This document shows, piece after piece, positions 9,183 through 19,183 of a stretch of DNA of 64,000 bases. Where the stretch lies: positions 709,283 to 773,282 of the forward strand of contig CAZQHP010000001.1 of assembly GCA_964593805.1 (NCBI GenBank). Reading direction: 5' to 3'. The translations under genes were made by a program, and so were the position numbers. How positions within the stretch are numbered: position 1 is the first letter of the stretch; each line of letters starts with the position of its first letter. The notes under the pieces are model-generated. The model was not told the DNA's origin and ran no database searches. It saw nothing but the letters and a program-made list of their open reading frames with translations. The stretch is from an uncultured Candidatus Saccharibacteria bacterium (lineage in GTDB: Bacteria > Patescibacteriota > Saccharimonadia > Saccharimonadales > JBBQAJ01).

Positions 9183-9874
9183 TAGTTTCCAAACCTCCGC
9201 TGTCTAGTGGCAAATTCAGCCAGCGCTTCGTCAAAATCGTCCACCGTAAAAGCCGGCCAATGTTTTTTGACAAAATAAAGTTCGGCGTAGGCCGCCCGCC
9301 ACAACATAAAATTACTCAGGCGCTGTTCTCCCGAAGTCCGAATCACCAGATCCATGGCCGGGATATCCGGCGCGTATAACGCACCCGCAAAATCTTCCAG
9401 CGTAATCACACCAGTTTTTTTGGTACTAACCAGCTTCTGAGCGGCGTCCACAATTTCCTGCTGGCCGCCGTAATTAAAACACAGCGCCAGCGTGCCGCGT
9501 TGGTTGTCTTTTGTCGCTGCTTCTGCTTTTTGTATGGCTTTGAGCAACTTGTCAGACAGACCATCGCGCCGGCCTAAAAACCGGACCCGAATGCCTTCTT
9601 TATGCACCTCTCGTACCTCGCGCGTGGCAACCCACAGAGCCAGATCCAACAGATAGGCTACTTCTTCTTTGCTACGGTTCCAGTTCTCCGCAGAAAAAAT
9701 GTATGCGGAAACATATTGCACGCCTTGATTGACCGCGTGTTTGGCGATTGTTTTCAAATTACCATAGCCCGCACGGTGGCCTTCCAGGGTGGGCAAGCTT
9801 TGGTCTTTGGCCCAGCGGCGGTTGCCGTCAAGTATCAGGCCAACGTGTGTAGGCAGTTTTGCAGTTCCAGACAT
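9182..9874 (-). CDS. uppS: Isoprenyl transferase (undecaprenyl-diphosphate synthase)
   Basis: 230 aa. HVGLILDGNRRWAK and RTSGEQRLSNFMLW motifs. Confidence 0.9.
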   Translation of the reverse strand: MSGTAKLPTHVGLILDGNRRWAKDQSLPTLEGHRAGYGNLKTIAKHAVNQGVQYVSAYIFSAENWNRSKEEVAYLLDLALWVATREVREVHKEGIRVRFLGRRDGLSDKLLKAIQKAEAATKDNQRGTLALCFNYGGQQEIVDAAQKLVSTKKTGVITLEDFAGALYAPDIPAMDLVIRTSGEQRLSNFMLWRAAYAELYFVKKHWPAFTVDDFDEALAEFATRQRRFGN

Positions 9875-9902
9875 GTTTACCCATTATAGCTTAGAGTAGC
9901 GG

Positions 9903-10466
9903 TCAAATTGTTAGGATTTCTTGTTCCTTGCTTTTTGCTAGCGCGTCGACCTCTGTTTTTGTTTGATTCATGGCATCGTCCACTTGCTTTGATAGTCGTT
10001 TAGCGTCATCTTCACCGAGTTTACGATCCTTCTTTGCTTCGTCAATCAGCCCCATGGCATCATGGCGGGCATTGCGCAGGCTTATCATACAGTCTTCTAC
10101 TTTTGTGCCGAGCTGTTTGACTATCTCACGGCGGCGTTCTTCGTTCAGCGGCGGCACCGGTACGCGTACCACGCGGCCATCGTCCATAGGATTCATGCCG
10201 AGTGTGGGGTTGTCTCGTATGGCGGTAGAGATTGCCGCCAGATTGTTTGGGTCAAACGGTGTAATTTGTAGCAGTTGTGCCTCTGGAGCCGTAATGTTCG
10301 CCACTTGGTTTAGTGGCGTGGGCACACCGTAAGCCGTCACCATGACGCCATCCAACATGCCTGAACTAGCCCGCCCGGTGCGCATTTTCTTCAGTTCGTC
10401 CTGAAAGTGCCCCAGCGCCTGCTGGAACTTAGTCTTTGCTTGACTTACAACTTGCTCGGGGCTCAT
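9903..10466 (-). CDS. frr: Ribosome recycling factor
   Basis: 187 aa, full-length RRF-like sequence (MRTGRASSGMLDGVMV...LNEERRREIVK). Confidence 0.9.
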   Translation of the reverse strand: MSPEQVVSQAKTKFQQALGHFQDELKKMRTGRASSGMLDGVMVTAYGVPTPLNQVANITAPEAQLLQITPFDPNNLAAISTAIRDNPTLGMNPMDDGRVVRVPVPPLNEERRREIVKQLGTKVEDCMISLRNARHDAMGLIDEAKKDRKLGEDDAKRLSKQVDDAMNQTKTEVDALAKSKEQEILTI

Positions 10467-10804
10467 ACCATTGCCGCCTCTAACGAACCTCCAAGAAATT
10501 CATCTGTAATGTGACCCGGGGTTACCGTTGTTGCGAGCACACAACCAACACCCTTAAGTTGATAGCTGGCTCCTTCATCAACATGTAGCTTAGATCCATC
10601 CAAACGTAGTTTTGCTTGGTTGCCGTTACGAAACTTCATGATTATATCTAAGCTGTCTGTGTCTCCAAACCCTTCAATCATTAAACCACCGATTGCTTGC
10701 CGCTGTTCCGGTAGCTCCCCGCTCACATCAATATATTCAATTGTTTCATGTGGATCCGAATACCAGACTTCGGCTGTCTCAATACCTGTTCTAAACTTGC
10801 TCAT
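10463..10804 (-). CDS. Hypothetical protein (113 aa) occupying the usual pyrH slot
   Basis: ORF whose stop overlaps the frr start by 4 nt. It lies 9 nt downstream of tsf. No family recognised. Confidence 0.5.
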   Translation of the reverse strand: MSKFRTGIETAEVWYSDPHETIEYIDVSGELPEQRQAIGGLMIEGFGDTDSLDIIMKFRNGNQAKLRLDGSKLHVDEGASYQLKGVGCVLATTVTPGHITDEFLGGSLEAAMV

Positions 10805-10813
10805 AAAAATATA

Positions 10814-11416
10814 TTACTCCGTTACTTCGCCGAGTGCCATACGCTCAAAACGGCGGACAACTATGTTTTCACCCAGTTTGGCGATGGCTTCTTTGACGTA
10901 ATCGGCCACTGTTTGGTCAGGATTCTTTACGAACGGTTGTTCTAGCAAAATGCGTTCGGCAAAGTGTTTGTGTACCATGCCGCCGGCGATGTTTTCCAGC
11001 ATGTTTTCCGGTTTGCCTTCTGATTTGGCTTTGTCTTTGAATTCAGCCATTTTGGCATCATGAACAGCTTTTGGAACATCTTCTTTAGACACGAACTCCG
11101 GGTTTGTGGCAGCTATATGCATGGCAATGTCTTTGACCAAATCCTTGAATTCATCGGTTTTGGCCACGAATTCTGTTTCACAATTTACTTCTACCAAAAC
11201 GCCAATTCGGTTGTCGTGGTTATAGGTTCCAACAATCCCGGCGCGGGCTTCCCGCTCGCCCCGTTTTTCGGCCTTGGTCAGGCCTTTTTTGCGCATGGCA
11301 GCTAGAGCGGCATCAAAGTCGCCTTTGGCTTCCACGAGCGCGGCTTTAGCGTCAGTCAGCCCCGCACCACTGAGATTCTTTAAACGCTTTACGTCTTCTA
11401 TAGAAATATTAGCCAT
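10814..11416 (-). CDS. tsf: Elongation factor Ts (short form)
   Basis: 200 aa. N-terminal UBA-like VKRLKNLSGAGLTDAKAALVEAKGDFDAA and a TEFVAKTDEF block. Confidence 0.9.
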   Translation of the reverse strand: MANISIEDVKRLKNLSGAGLTDAKAALVEAKGDFDAALAAMRKKGLTKAEKRGEREARAGIVGTYNHDNRIGVLVEVNCETEFVAKTDEFKDLVKDIAMHIAATNPEFVSKEDVPKAVHDAKMAEFKDKAKSEGKPENMLENIAGGMVHKHFAERILLEQPFVKNPDQTVADYVKEAIAKLGENIVVRRFERMALGEVTE

Positions 11417-12206
11417 TGCGTAGTACCGCCTTTGTTGCTTCTTTAGGTTCTTCTGCCTTTAGTTCTTCGGCTTTTTCAGCTTTTGCAGTTTCGGCTTCAA
11501 TTTTCTCAGCCTTTTTAGCGTGCTTGGCTTTGCCGGTTTCAATCGCGGCCTGTACGTAATCAGCAATCAACTGGATAGTTTTGATGGCGTCGTCGTTGGC
11601 AGGAATCGGGTAGTCAATCAGCGACGGGTCGGCGTTGGTGTCTACAATGCCCACGATTGGCACGCCCAGTTTGCGGGCTTCACGCACGGCGTTTATGTCG
11701 TGCGTTACGTCTGTCACAAACACCGCGCCCAGTTTGGCTGCCAGGTTCTTGATGCCGCCGTAGATGTGGTTCATTTCGTCAATTTCTTCCTGGTAGCGCT
11801 GGACTTCAAGCTTGCTGTATTTGGCGGCTAGGGCGCCGTTTTCCATCTTTTCTTCCAGGTCTTTAAGGTGTTTGACGCGTACGCCAATGGTATTGCGGTT
11901 GGTCAGCATGCCGCCCAGCCAACGCTCTACCACAAAAGGCATATCTGTTTTGTCCGCCAATACTTTTATAATGTCATGCGCCTGGCGCTTGGTACCGACT
12001 ACCAGGACTTGTTTGCCCTCAGCAGTTACGTCTTCTACAAAATTCAACGCCCGCTCCAGCTGTTCAACTGTTTTGGTCAGGTCAATTATGTGCGTGCCGT
12101 CGCGCTTGCTGTGGATGTACTGGGCCATTTTGGGGTGCCAGCGGCTGGTTTTGTGGCCAAAGTGCGCCCCAGCCTCTAAAAGTTTTTTAATGTCTACATC
12201 TGCCAT
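11409..12206 (-). CDS. rpsB: 30S ribosomal protein S2 with Lys/Glu-rich C-terminal tail
   Basis: 265 aa. LLEAGAHFGHKTSRWHPKM start and conserved S2 core. Confidence 0.95.
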   Translation of the reverse strand: MADVDIKKLLEAGAHFGHKTSRWHPKMAQYIHSKRDGTHIIDLTKTVEQLERALNFVEDVTAEGKQVLVVGTKRQAHDIIKVLADKTDMPFVVERWLGGMLTNRNTIGVRVKHLKDLEEKMENGALAAKYSKLEVQRYQEEIDEMNHIYGGIKNLAAKLGAVFVTDVTHDINAVREARKLGVPIVGIVDTNADPSLIDYPIPANDDAIKTIQLIADYVQAAIETGKAKHAKKAEKIEAETAKAEKAEELKAEEPKEATKAVLRNG

Positions 12207-12330
12207 GTATATTGAACCTTTCTTTGAATTCTTGCTCTTTGTTTAGGATGCCCGGTTGGTCCGCTCAAGGTGCCAATCAGGAGAATTCATTCCCAAACTG
12301 CTTAATTTGTTACTTAGACATACTAACAGA

Positions 12331-12359
12331 TTGACACATCTAGAGCAAGTGCGTATAAT
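12331..12359 (+). promoter_or_regulatory. Consensus sigma-70-type promoter upstream of rpmE
   Basis: TTGACA (12331-12336), a 17-nt spacer, then TATAAT (12354-12359), about 95 nt upstream of the rpmE ATG. Confidence 0.55.
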
Positions 12360-12453
12360 TGCCCGAGTTATATAGCTTCGCGCCAGGAAAACTTTATTAT
12401 TTACGAATTGCATTCTTGGGCTCGGCATATAATTGTCATTAATCATTCCAACT

Positions 12454-12804
12454 ATGAAAAAAGATTTGCACCCAACTAATTACCGCCCGGTAGTTTTCCA
12501 GGATCTCAACGACAACACGACGTTTTTGACCAAGTCCACGGTTGCTACAGAGGAAACAATCAAACTTGATGGTGTTGAATATCCTTTGGTCAAAGTGCAC
12601 ATTTCATCTGCCTCTCACCCGTTCTTTACCGGCCAGGAAAAACTGGTGGACATAGAAGGCCGCGTAGACAAGTTCAAAGCCCGCCAAGAAGCCGCCAAAG
12701 CTCGTGCCGAAAGCATGAAAAAGGCCGCCGGCAAAACCCGTGTCAAAACTCCCAAAGCCGACGAATCACAAAAAATCGGCAGCCTCAAACCCGGCAACCG
12801 CTAA
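12454..12804 (+). CDS. rpmE: 50S ribosomal protein L31, Cys-less type B, with Lys-rich C-terminal extension
   Basis: [15 protein letters not shown]...HPFFTG core without a CxxC zinc motif, plus a ~40-aa basic extension. Confidence 0.85.
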   Translation: MKKDLHPTNYRPVVFQDLNDNTTFLTKSTVATEETIKLDGVEYPLVKVHISSASHPFFTGQEKLVDIEGRVDKFKARQEAAKARAESMKKAAGKTRVKTPKADESQKIGSLKPGNR

Positions 12805-12870
12805 CTAAACGCCCTAAAACGCCCGTATCTTATTGATATGGGCGGTTTTCTAATATACTGGGGAAAGAAT

Positions 12871-13923
12871 ATGGACGCAAAAGAACAAGCATATCGAGAC
12901 GAACTAGCGGATCTGCAAGCCAAACTGCAAGATCCGGCCATCTTTAGCACGCCCGGATACCCCAAACTAGCCCGCCGCCAAAAAGAACTGGAAGATGCGC
13001 TGGCTTTGTTTGATGAAATCGCTAAACTAAATAAACAAAAAACAGAAGCCGAAAGCATGTCCGGTGGAAATGATGAAATGGCAGAGCTTGCCCAGGGCGA
13101 AGTTAACGAACTGGCCAAAAAGCTCTCAGCTCTCAGCTCTAAGCTCTCAGCTCTCTTGACCCCCAAAGATCCTAACGACGAAAAAGACGTAATCATAGAA
13201 ATCCGCGCTGCCGCTGGCGGCGATGAAGCCAGTTTGTTTGGTGGCGAGCTGTACCGTATGTACGCGCGGTGGTGCGAAACACATGACTACAAAACCGAAC
13301 TTATTAGCGAAAGCCCGTCTGAAGCCGGCGGGTTCAAGGAGATAATTTTCGCGGTGCATGGTGCAGACGCCTACAGAAACCTAAAATTTGAAGCTGGCGT
13401 GCACCGCGTCCAGCGCGTTCCAGTCACCGAAAGTCAGGGTCGTATCCACACCAGCACCGTTACCGTGGCAGTTATGCCTGAAGCTGAAGAATCAGATATC
13501 GAAATAAATCCCAGCGACCTAAAAATAGACGTTTTCAGGTCTGGCGGCCATGGCGGGCAATCAGTCAACACCACCGACTCAGCCGTGCGTATCACCCACC
13601 TGCCCTCCGGCATTGTTGTGACCAACCAAGATGAAAAATCTCAGATAAAAAACAAACTCAAAGCCATGAGCGTACTCCGTTCCCGCCTGCTGCAAATGAA
13701 AATAGACGAAGAAACAAAGCAGTTGTCTGATGACCGCAAAAAACTTATCGGCACCGGTGACCGCAGCGAAAAAATCCGCACTTACAACTTCCCCCAAGAT
13801 AGAATTACGGACCACAGAATTGGATACTCTAGATCCAACATCCCCGCCGCCCTAGCCGGCGACATTGACGACTTAATAGAAAAGCTCCATGCCTACGAAC
13901 TTGAGCTCATCAGTACTGAATGA
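12871..13923 (+). CDS. prfA: Peptide chain release factor 1
   Basis: [14 protein letters not shown] (P-x-T codon-recognition motif) and [24 protein letters not shown] (GGQ). The ATG at 12871 is preceded by GGGGAAAG. Confidence 0.9.
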   Translation: MDAKEQAYRDELADLQAKLQDPAIFSTPGYPKLARRQKELEDALALFDEIAKLNKQKTEAESMSGGNDEMAELAQGEVNELAKKLSALSSKLSALLTPKDPNDEKDVIIEIRAAAGGDEASLFGGELYRMYARWCETHDYKTELISESPSEAGGFKEIIFAVHGADAYRNLKFEAGVHRVQRVPVTESQGRIHTSTVTVAVMPEAEESDIEINPSDLKIDVFRSGGHGGQSVNTTDSAVRITHLPSGIVVTNQDEKSQIKNKLKAMSVLRSRLLQMKIDEETKQLSDDRKKLIGTGDRSEKIRTYNFPQDRITDHRIGYSRSNIPAALAGDIDDLIEKLHAYELELISTE

Positions 13924-14773
13924 TTGGCTTGGCTCTGCGAGCAAAGAGCTTTTGCAGGCCGGCGTAGCGACTTGCCGATTAGATTGCTTGGTACTGTTGG
14001 AAGATATTACAAAAAAAGACCGTTCGTATTTGCTGGCGCACCCCGAAATCGCCCTGCCAAAAGCTGATGTAGAAAAACTAAACCGAATGGTAGAGCGACG
14101 CAAAAACCACGAGCCGCTGGCCTACATACGCGGCAAATCAGAGTTTTACGGCCGCGAATTCAAGGTCAACAAACACACCCTACAGCCCCGCCCCGAAACC
14201 GAAACCATGATTGATTTACTAAAGCAAATCCTACATTCACAAAAACCTCATCTGTTACAAGACAGTCTTGTAACAGATGGGGGAAATGTGAATTGGCGGA
14301 TTGTGGATGTGGGGACGGGGTCTGGGTGCATTGGGATTACGGCTAAATTAGAGATTCCCGAGGCTGAAGTTATTGGGGTAGATGTTTCTGAACAATGCCT
14401 CCAGGTTGCGCGGCAGAATGCCAAAAAACTCAGTGCAGAAGTGAAGCTTTATCAGGGAGACCTTTTGGAGCCCATTCTATCCTCTGACCGCTATCCGCTG
14501 ACCGCTATTTTGGCAAACCTGCCCTACGTGCCAGACGGCCACACCATTAACCAAGCCGCCATGCAGGAACCAAAAATCGCAATTTTTGGCGGGCCAGACG
14601 GCTTGGGTTTGTACCGCCGCATGTTTGCGCAAATAAAAGAATATGCCCTGGCACCCCGCTTAATTCTGACTGAATCCCTGCCCTTCCAACACCTGGAACT
14701 ATCTAATATTGCAGCGGCTCACGGATACAAGTTACAAAAAGAGGATGATTTTATCCAGGCGTTCAGCTTGTAG
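13889..14773 (+). CDS. prmC: Release-factor glutamine N5-methyltransferase (PrmC/HemK)
   Basis: [14 protein letters not shown] motif and NLPYVP (NPPY-type) motif. It follows prfA and the start is uncertain (overlaps the prfA end). Confidence 0.8.
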   Translation: MPTNLSSSVLNDWLGSASKELLQAGVATCRLDCLVLLEDITKKDRSYLLAHPEIALPKADVEKLNRMVERRKNHEPLAYIRGKSEFYGREFKVNKHTLQPRPETETMIDLLKQILHSQKPHLLQDSLVTDGGNVNWRIVDVGTGSGCIGITAKLEIPEAEVIGVDVSEQCLQVARQNAKKLSAEVKLYQGDLLEPILSSDRYPLTAILANLPYVPDGHTINQAAMQEPKIAIFGGPDGLGLYRRMFAQIKEYALAPRLILTESLPFQHLELSNIAAAHGYKLQKEDDFIQAFSL

Positions 14774-15980
14774 GGGCGGCTTCTAGTTTCACCTTGACTA
14801 GTTGTTCTTTGCCATCCCGGAGGATTTTTAGAGTTACTTCCTCGCCAACTGCGTGCTTTGATATGAGAGATATCAAACTGTGGGTTTGATCCACCTTTTC
14901 GCCGCCGATCTCGGTAATAATGTCTTTTTCCCTCAGCCCGGCTTTCTGGGCGGGACTGCCGGCTACTACGGACGGACCGTTATCAGTCGCAGGTAAAATG
15001 TAAGCACCACGCTTTACTGGCAGGTTGTATTGGACGGCATAGTCATCGGTGAGACTTACGTAGCGAACGCCCAGGAAGGGCCGCTCCAGTTTGCCTTTTT
15101 CCAGCACGCTTTTTATAAGTCCTTGGATGTCAGCGACCGGTATGGCAAAACCGATGTTTTCGGCGCCGTCACCGGCAATAGCCGTATTGATGCCTATGAC
15201 TTCCCCGTCAATGTTGACTAGCGGCCCGCCGGAGTTGCCTTGGTTTATAGCGGCGTCAGTCTGGAACAGGTTTTGCAGGCTTTCGCTGGCGACAAAACCG
15301 TCGCCCGCCTCTACGTTTCGCCCGAAGCCAGATATAATCCCAGCCGTCACGGTGTTTTGAAACTGGCCTAGGGCATTGCCGATGGCCACGACTTTATCGC
15401 CAACCTGGACTTTTGACGAGTCCCCCAGTTTGGCGGGAGTTAATTTTTTGCCTTTCATATCTTTGATTTGCAAAAACGCCACGTCCAGCGGGTCGCTGGC
15501 GTTAGTACGACCGATAATCTCCACATTGTCAAACTGCGTGCCGTCAGACAGCGTCACGCTCACGCTGGTAGCGCTAGCGTCAACCACGTGGCGGTTAGTA
15601 ATTATGTAGCCACTGTCGCTTAGAATTATGCCCGTACCGGCGCTACGCTGTTCGCCGGCGCGCGAACCTAAGAAACTTTGAATCGGTGCCGTACTAGTAA
15701 CGTCTACTGACACTACGCTCGGGGAAACGTTTTTAGCGAGCGCGCTGATGAGCTGGCTTTCGTTCAAAACCGCTTGCTGGTTTTCGCGGCTTATTACCGC
15801 ATTGTTGGCATTACCTAGCTGCGCACGAGCACCAGAACCCAGGTAGCCGCCGCCAAACCCCGCGAAAGCACAAACCAAAATCAGCAGCAGAATTCCCGCG
15901 GTTTTGCGACGAGCGGCATCAAGCTTTGCGCCGCCAAATGAACTGGGCGCTGACTCTTGGTCTTTCATCCCGTCATTCAT
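14763..15980 (-). CDS. HtrA/DegP-family serine protease (S1C) with N-terminal TM anchor and PDZ domain
   Basis: 405 aa. GNSGGPLVN catalytic Ser motif, ITNRHVV His motif and a C-terminal PDZ-like segment. Confidence 0.85.
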   Translation of the reverse strand: MNDGMKDQESAPSSFGGAKLDAARRKTAGILLLILVCAFAGFGGGYLGSGARAQLGNANNAVISRENQQAVLNESQLISALAKNVSPSVVSVDVTSTAPIQSFLGSRAGEQRSAGTGIILSDSGYIITNRHVVDASATSVSVTLSDGTQFDNVEIIGRTNASDPLDVAFLQIKDMKGKKLTPAKLGDSSKVQVGDKVVAIGNALGQFQNTVTAGIISGFGRNVEAGDGFVASESLQNLFQTDAAINQGNSGGPLVNIDGEVIGINTAIAGDGAENIGFAIPVADIQGLIKSVLEKGKLERPFLGVRYVSLTDDYAVQYNLPVKRGAYILPATDNGPSVVAGSPAQKAGLREKDIITEIGGEKVDQTHSLISLISKHAVGEEVTLKILRDGKEQLVKVKLEAAPTS

Positions 15981-16011
15981 TTAATTATCCCTCCCTAAAA
16001 TTTTCCTGAAT

Positions 16012-16764
16012 TTACAGAACCTTGTCGCCCCAGTCAGAAAATACCAGCACCACTACAATAACAGCGATCATTATAAATACGATTTGGCGCCTCAGCAACA
16101 CCGACAGACGGTCGGTTTCCTGCAAATAATACAGCCCGCCCAGACCAAAGCCAAGCACCGTGAGCAACAGCGTCGGCTGGGACACCACGCCGTAAAAAAG
16201 CAGCCAATGCACAGAGAGCCAGGCCAGTGCCGCCGCAAAATAACCCCACGTATGGGCGTACAAAGAAGTGTACGGCTCTTCAAAACTGCTTAGAAAGTGC
16301 CGAGCGGCCAGGTAACACACGCTCCAGGCCCCAATAACCAGCGCTACCAGCGGCGCGGCGGGCCAACCGATAAAAAGTGCCATGAGGCCGTAAGTCTGTC
16401 CAATCAAGGCTTGCGCCGCAACGCTCAGCACGCTGCGTCCCGGCTTGATAGCAACCTGCCATAGCATATATAGGCCCGCCCAAACTAGTTGCATGGACGC
16501 CGAGTGGGAACGGGTCATAAAAACGACCGTGGCCAACCCTACGGTAATATCAACCGCGTTGGCCCGAACGATTGCCGCCCAAAAGCGCGGTCTGACAGCA
16601 AACATGCGCCATTTTGTAATCAATATAACCAGCACAGCCAGCTGGACAAAATTAATACGGACTAGAACGAACACCAGAGCCGGCATGACAGCGCTTAGCA
16701 CTATGTGAAACACATGCGCGTAGCCTTTTGTTGGCTTGATTTTCCCCGCTAAAAGTTTTCTCAT
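16012..16764 (-). CDS. Hypothetical polytopic membrane protein
   Basis: 250-aa ORF with about 8 hydrophobic helices. Its start overlaps the stop of the upstream LCP gene by 4 nt. No family recognised. Confidence 0.5.
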   Translation of the reverse strand: MRKLLAGKIKPTKGYAHVFHIVLSAVMPALVFVLVRINFVQLAVLVILITKWRMFAVRPRFWAAIVRANAVDITVGLATVVFMTRSHSASMQLVWAGLYMLWQVAIKPGRSVLSVAAQALIGQTYGLMALFIGWPAAPLVALVIGAWSVCYLAARHFLSSFEEPYTSLYAHTWGYFAAALAWLSVHWLLFYGVVSQPTLLLTVLGFGLGGLYYLQETDRLSVLLRRQIVFIMIAVIVVVLVFSDWGDKVL

Positions 16765-18392
16765 TGCGTGCCAAGTATTATAACAAAATCGGCGTTCCCA
16801 GGGTTGGGAATATTCGGATCAGGTAGTGATCCAACGGCCGTAACACCCAATCGCTGCTCTAGATAGTGTTTGGTGTATTTTTTTTGTCCGCCCCGCAAAT
16901 CTACCAAAATAGTCTTTGTGTAGGTCTTCGTCGGCGCATCGCCTGTCATGTTTACGTTGTAGCCGTAGCTTTTCAGCTCAGCCGCTTTTTTGGTAGCCAG
17001 CCCTGGCGTTGTTGTGCCGTTTAAGACTGCAATAGAGGCGTTTTCGTTGGCTATGAAGCCGTCTTTTAGGGCGTTTCGGACGTAGCTCTGAATCTCGGAG
17101 AAATCGTTCAGGCCAGCCCTGGGTTGCTGGATGGATTGCCCGGCTATGTTTACGCCGGTCAAAAAGTTGTTTGGCGGATCAACCAGGCCGATCGTGGCAA
17201 TATCGTTGGAGTTTATGCTTTTGCCAATTTCATACAAACGCATAACTTCGTTGATGCTCATGTTGGACTGGACGTGGTTGCCAAACGCGTCAAGCAGTTG
17301 CGATACTTTGACGGGGTTGGCAAACGTGCCAAGCGACAGGATTTTGTCTTTTAGCGCTACCAGCAGCTTGCGCTGGCGTTCGGCGCGGTCAAAGTCGCCG
17401 CGCGGACTGGTGTAGCGCGAACGGGCGTAGTACAGCGCACGCTGGCCGTCAAAATGCTGCTGGCCTTGTTTGACGTCCAACGTGTATATTTTGCGCGTCA
17501 GGTCGTCCCATAGTTTTTCGTACACCACGCCGTCGGCATCAACGTTGATATCTACGCCGCCAACGGTGTTTATGGCTTGGACGAAGCCGGCAAAGTCCAC
17601 CATAACATGATAGTGAATCGGTATGCCCAGGTCATCCTGGATGACTTTTTCAATAGCCGCTATGCCAGCGTTTTCGGCGTCGGTTTTGCTGGCTTTGCGG
17701 GCTAGCGCCGCGTATTTTGCTTCGGCAAATACGGAATTCACCCGGTAGTTGCTGGTTTTAGGATAATACAAATCACGGGGAACACTCAAAAGAGCGGCCT
17801 TTTTGTTAATGGGGTCAATACTGGCCACCAGTATTGTATCTGTTAGGTCAGGCCCTTCGTGGCCATCGCCGCCCCTCCCAAGCAGCAATATATTGACACG
17901 CCCGTCGCCTTCGCCCCTCAGCTTGCTGGGGTCTACGTTGTCCTGCAGAGCGGCTGCTCCCTCGGCTCCACCCTTAAATATGTTGTGTAGTTTTAGGTAG
18001 CCCTTGCCAAATAAAAATCCAACCACTACGACTATCAGTACCGCAGCCCCCGCGGCGCCTCGCAGCCCCCGCTTTTTCCAGCTCAGATGCTTGCGAGCTT
18101 TTTTTGGAGCCGGCGTTAACGACAAATCAATCGCCCCCCTAGAGTTGCGCTTTGGACGGCGGCCCAGCGACTCGCTTCCTTTCAGTGCCGGTTGCTTGGC
18201 CGCATGGAAGCCGCCGGTACCACTAAAATCATCCAGTAGATTGCGTGTAGGTGGCAGAGAAGATGACCTGTTCAAATCTGCACCATATTGATTGGCGGCA
18301 TTGCCCGTATTTTTTCCATCACCGCCAGGGTTCAGTATGCCATCTACTGAATTTCGAGCGTGTTTTGGTTGATGTTTTTGAAAATTATCCAT
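16761..18392 (-). CDS. LytR-CpsA-Psr (LCP) family cell-envelope glycopolymer transferase with LytR_C-like C-terminal domain
   Basis: 543 aa. A disordered N-terminus, one TM, then LLLGRGGDGHEGPDLTDTILVASIDP and RSRYTSPRGDFDRAERQ blocks typical of LCP proteins. Confidence 0.8.
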   Translation of the reverse strand: MDNFQKHQPKHARNSVDGILNPGGDGKNTGNAANQYGADLNRSSSLPPTRNLLDDFSGTGGFHAAKQPALKGSESLGRRPKRNSRGAIDLSLTPAPKKARKHLSWKKRGLRGAAGAAVLIVVVVGFLFGKGYLKLHNIFKGGAEGAAALQDNVDPSKLRGEGDGRVNILLLGRGGDGHEGPDLTDTILVASIDPINKKAALLSVPRDLYYPKTSNYRVNSVFAEAKYAALARKASKTDAENAGIAAIEKVIQDDLGIPIHYHVMVDFAGFVQAINTVGGVDINVDADGVVYEKLWDDLTRKIYTLDVKQGQQHFDGQRALYYARSRYTSPRGDFDRAERQRKLLVALKDKILSLGTFANPVKVSQLLDAFGNHVQSNMSINEVMRLYEIGKSINSNDIATIGLVDPPNNFLTGVNIAGQSIQQPRAGLNDFSEIQSYVRNALKDGFIANENASIAVLNGTTTPGLATKKAAELKSYGYNVNMTGDAPTKTYTKTILVDLRGGQKKYTKHYLEQRLGVTAVGSLPDPNIPNPGNADFVIILGTQ

Positions 18393-18504
18393 TGTGCGAA
18401 TTTTCTGATTATAGCGGTTATGGTCGTGTTCTGGAAACCGTAAAAAACGCGGCGACAGACAACGGTGTCAAACTTTTGCAAAGTACGCTATAGTGGTTGC
18501 AATA

Positions 18505-19170
18505 ATGCAACAGTACTCCAGTATACCAGTTGCGCCGACTGGCGCAAGCAATCAATTGCCTCCCATCAATGTACCCAAACAACCAAGTAACTGGCGGGGG
18601 GCGCTGTCTACTCTTGGCATCTTAATAGCCGCGCCGCTAGTGGCGCTTTTGCTGACCGCGTTTGTCTTCCAGTCCTACGAAGTTGACGGCCCAAGCATGG
18701 AAACAACGCTGCAAAATCGCGACCGGCTAATCGTCTGGAAAATCCCGCGCACGCTCGCGCGAATTACCAACCACGCCTACATTCCCCAGCGAGACGATGT
18801 CATAGTGTTCGTCAAACGTGGTTTGTACGAACAGGAGGGCGCCAAAGAAAAACAGCTCATCAAGCGTGTTATCGGGTTGCCGGGTGACCGCGTCGTGGTG
18901 CAGGATGGGCACATTACTATTTATAACAGCCAGAATCCTAGCGGTTTTAACCCCGACCAGGGCCACCCGTTTTCCCAAAATATCGCCTCGCTTACCACTG
19001 GCAATATGGACATTGTCGTACCGCCGAACGAAATTTTTGTATGCGGAGACAACCGCACTAACTCTTTGGATTCTCGCTCTTTCGGTACTATTTCTGCTGA
19101 TGACATTGTAGGCAGGTTAGTCGTACGCATATTCCCCGTTAACGGTTTCAAAAGCTTCATCAAACAGTAG
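18505..19170 (+). CDS. lepB: Signal peptidase I
   Basis: DGPSMETTL (Ser box), KRVIGLPGD (Lys box) and GDNRTNSLDSR motifs. The ATG at 18505 lies inside the longer GTG ORF. Confidence 0.9.
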   Translation: MQQYSSIPVAPTGASNQLPPINVPKQPSNWRGALSTLGILIAAPLVALLLTAFVFQSYEVDGPSMETTLQNRDRLIVWKIPRTLARITNHAYIPQRDDVIVFVKRGLYEQEGAKEKQLIKRVIGLPGDRVVVQDGHITIYNSQNPSGFNPDQGHPFSQNIASLTTGNMDIVVPPNEIFVCGDNRTNSLDSRSFGTISADDIVGRLVVRIFPVNGFKSFIKQ

Positions 19171-19183
19171 CTTGTTTGCTAAT

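Noticed and set aside
12243-13196. The minus-strand ORFs 12243..12446 (67 aa) and 12801..13196 (131 aa).
   Set aside because: The first lies in the divergent promoter region and lacks an RBS. The second is antisense to prfA and is Ser/Ala-rich low complexity.
16034-16708. Cluster of overlapping 63-87-aa ORFs on both strands within 16.0-16.7 kb.
   Set aside because: They lie in a locally GC-rich segment fully covered by the 250-aa membrane-protein ORF. Stop-codon scarcity explains them.
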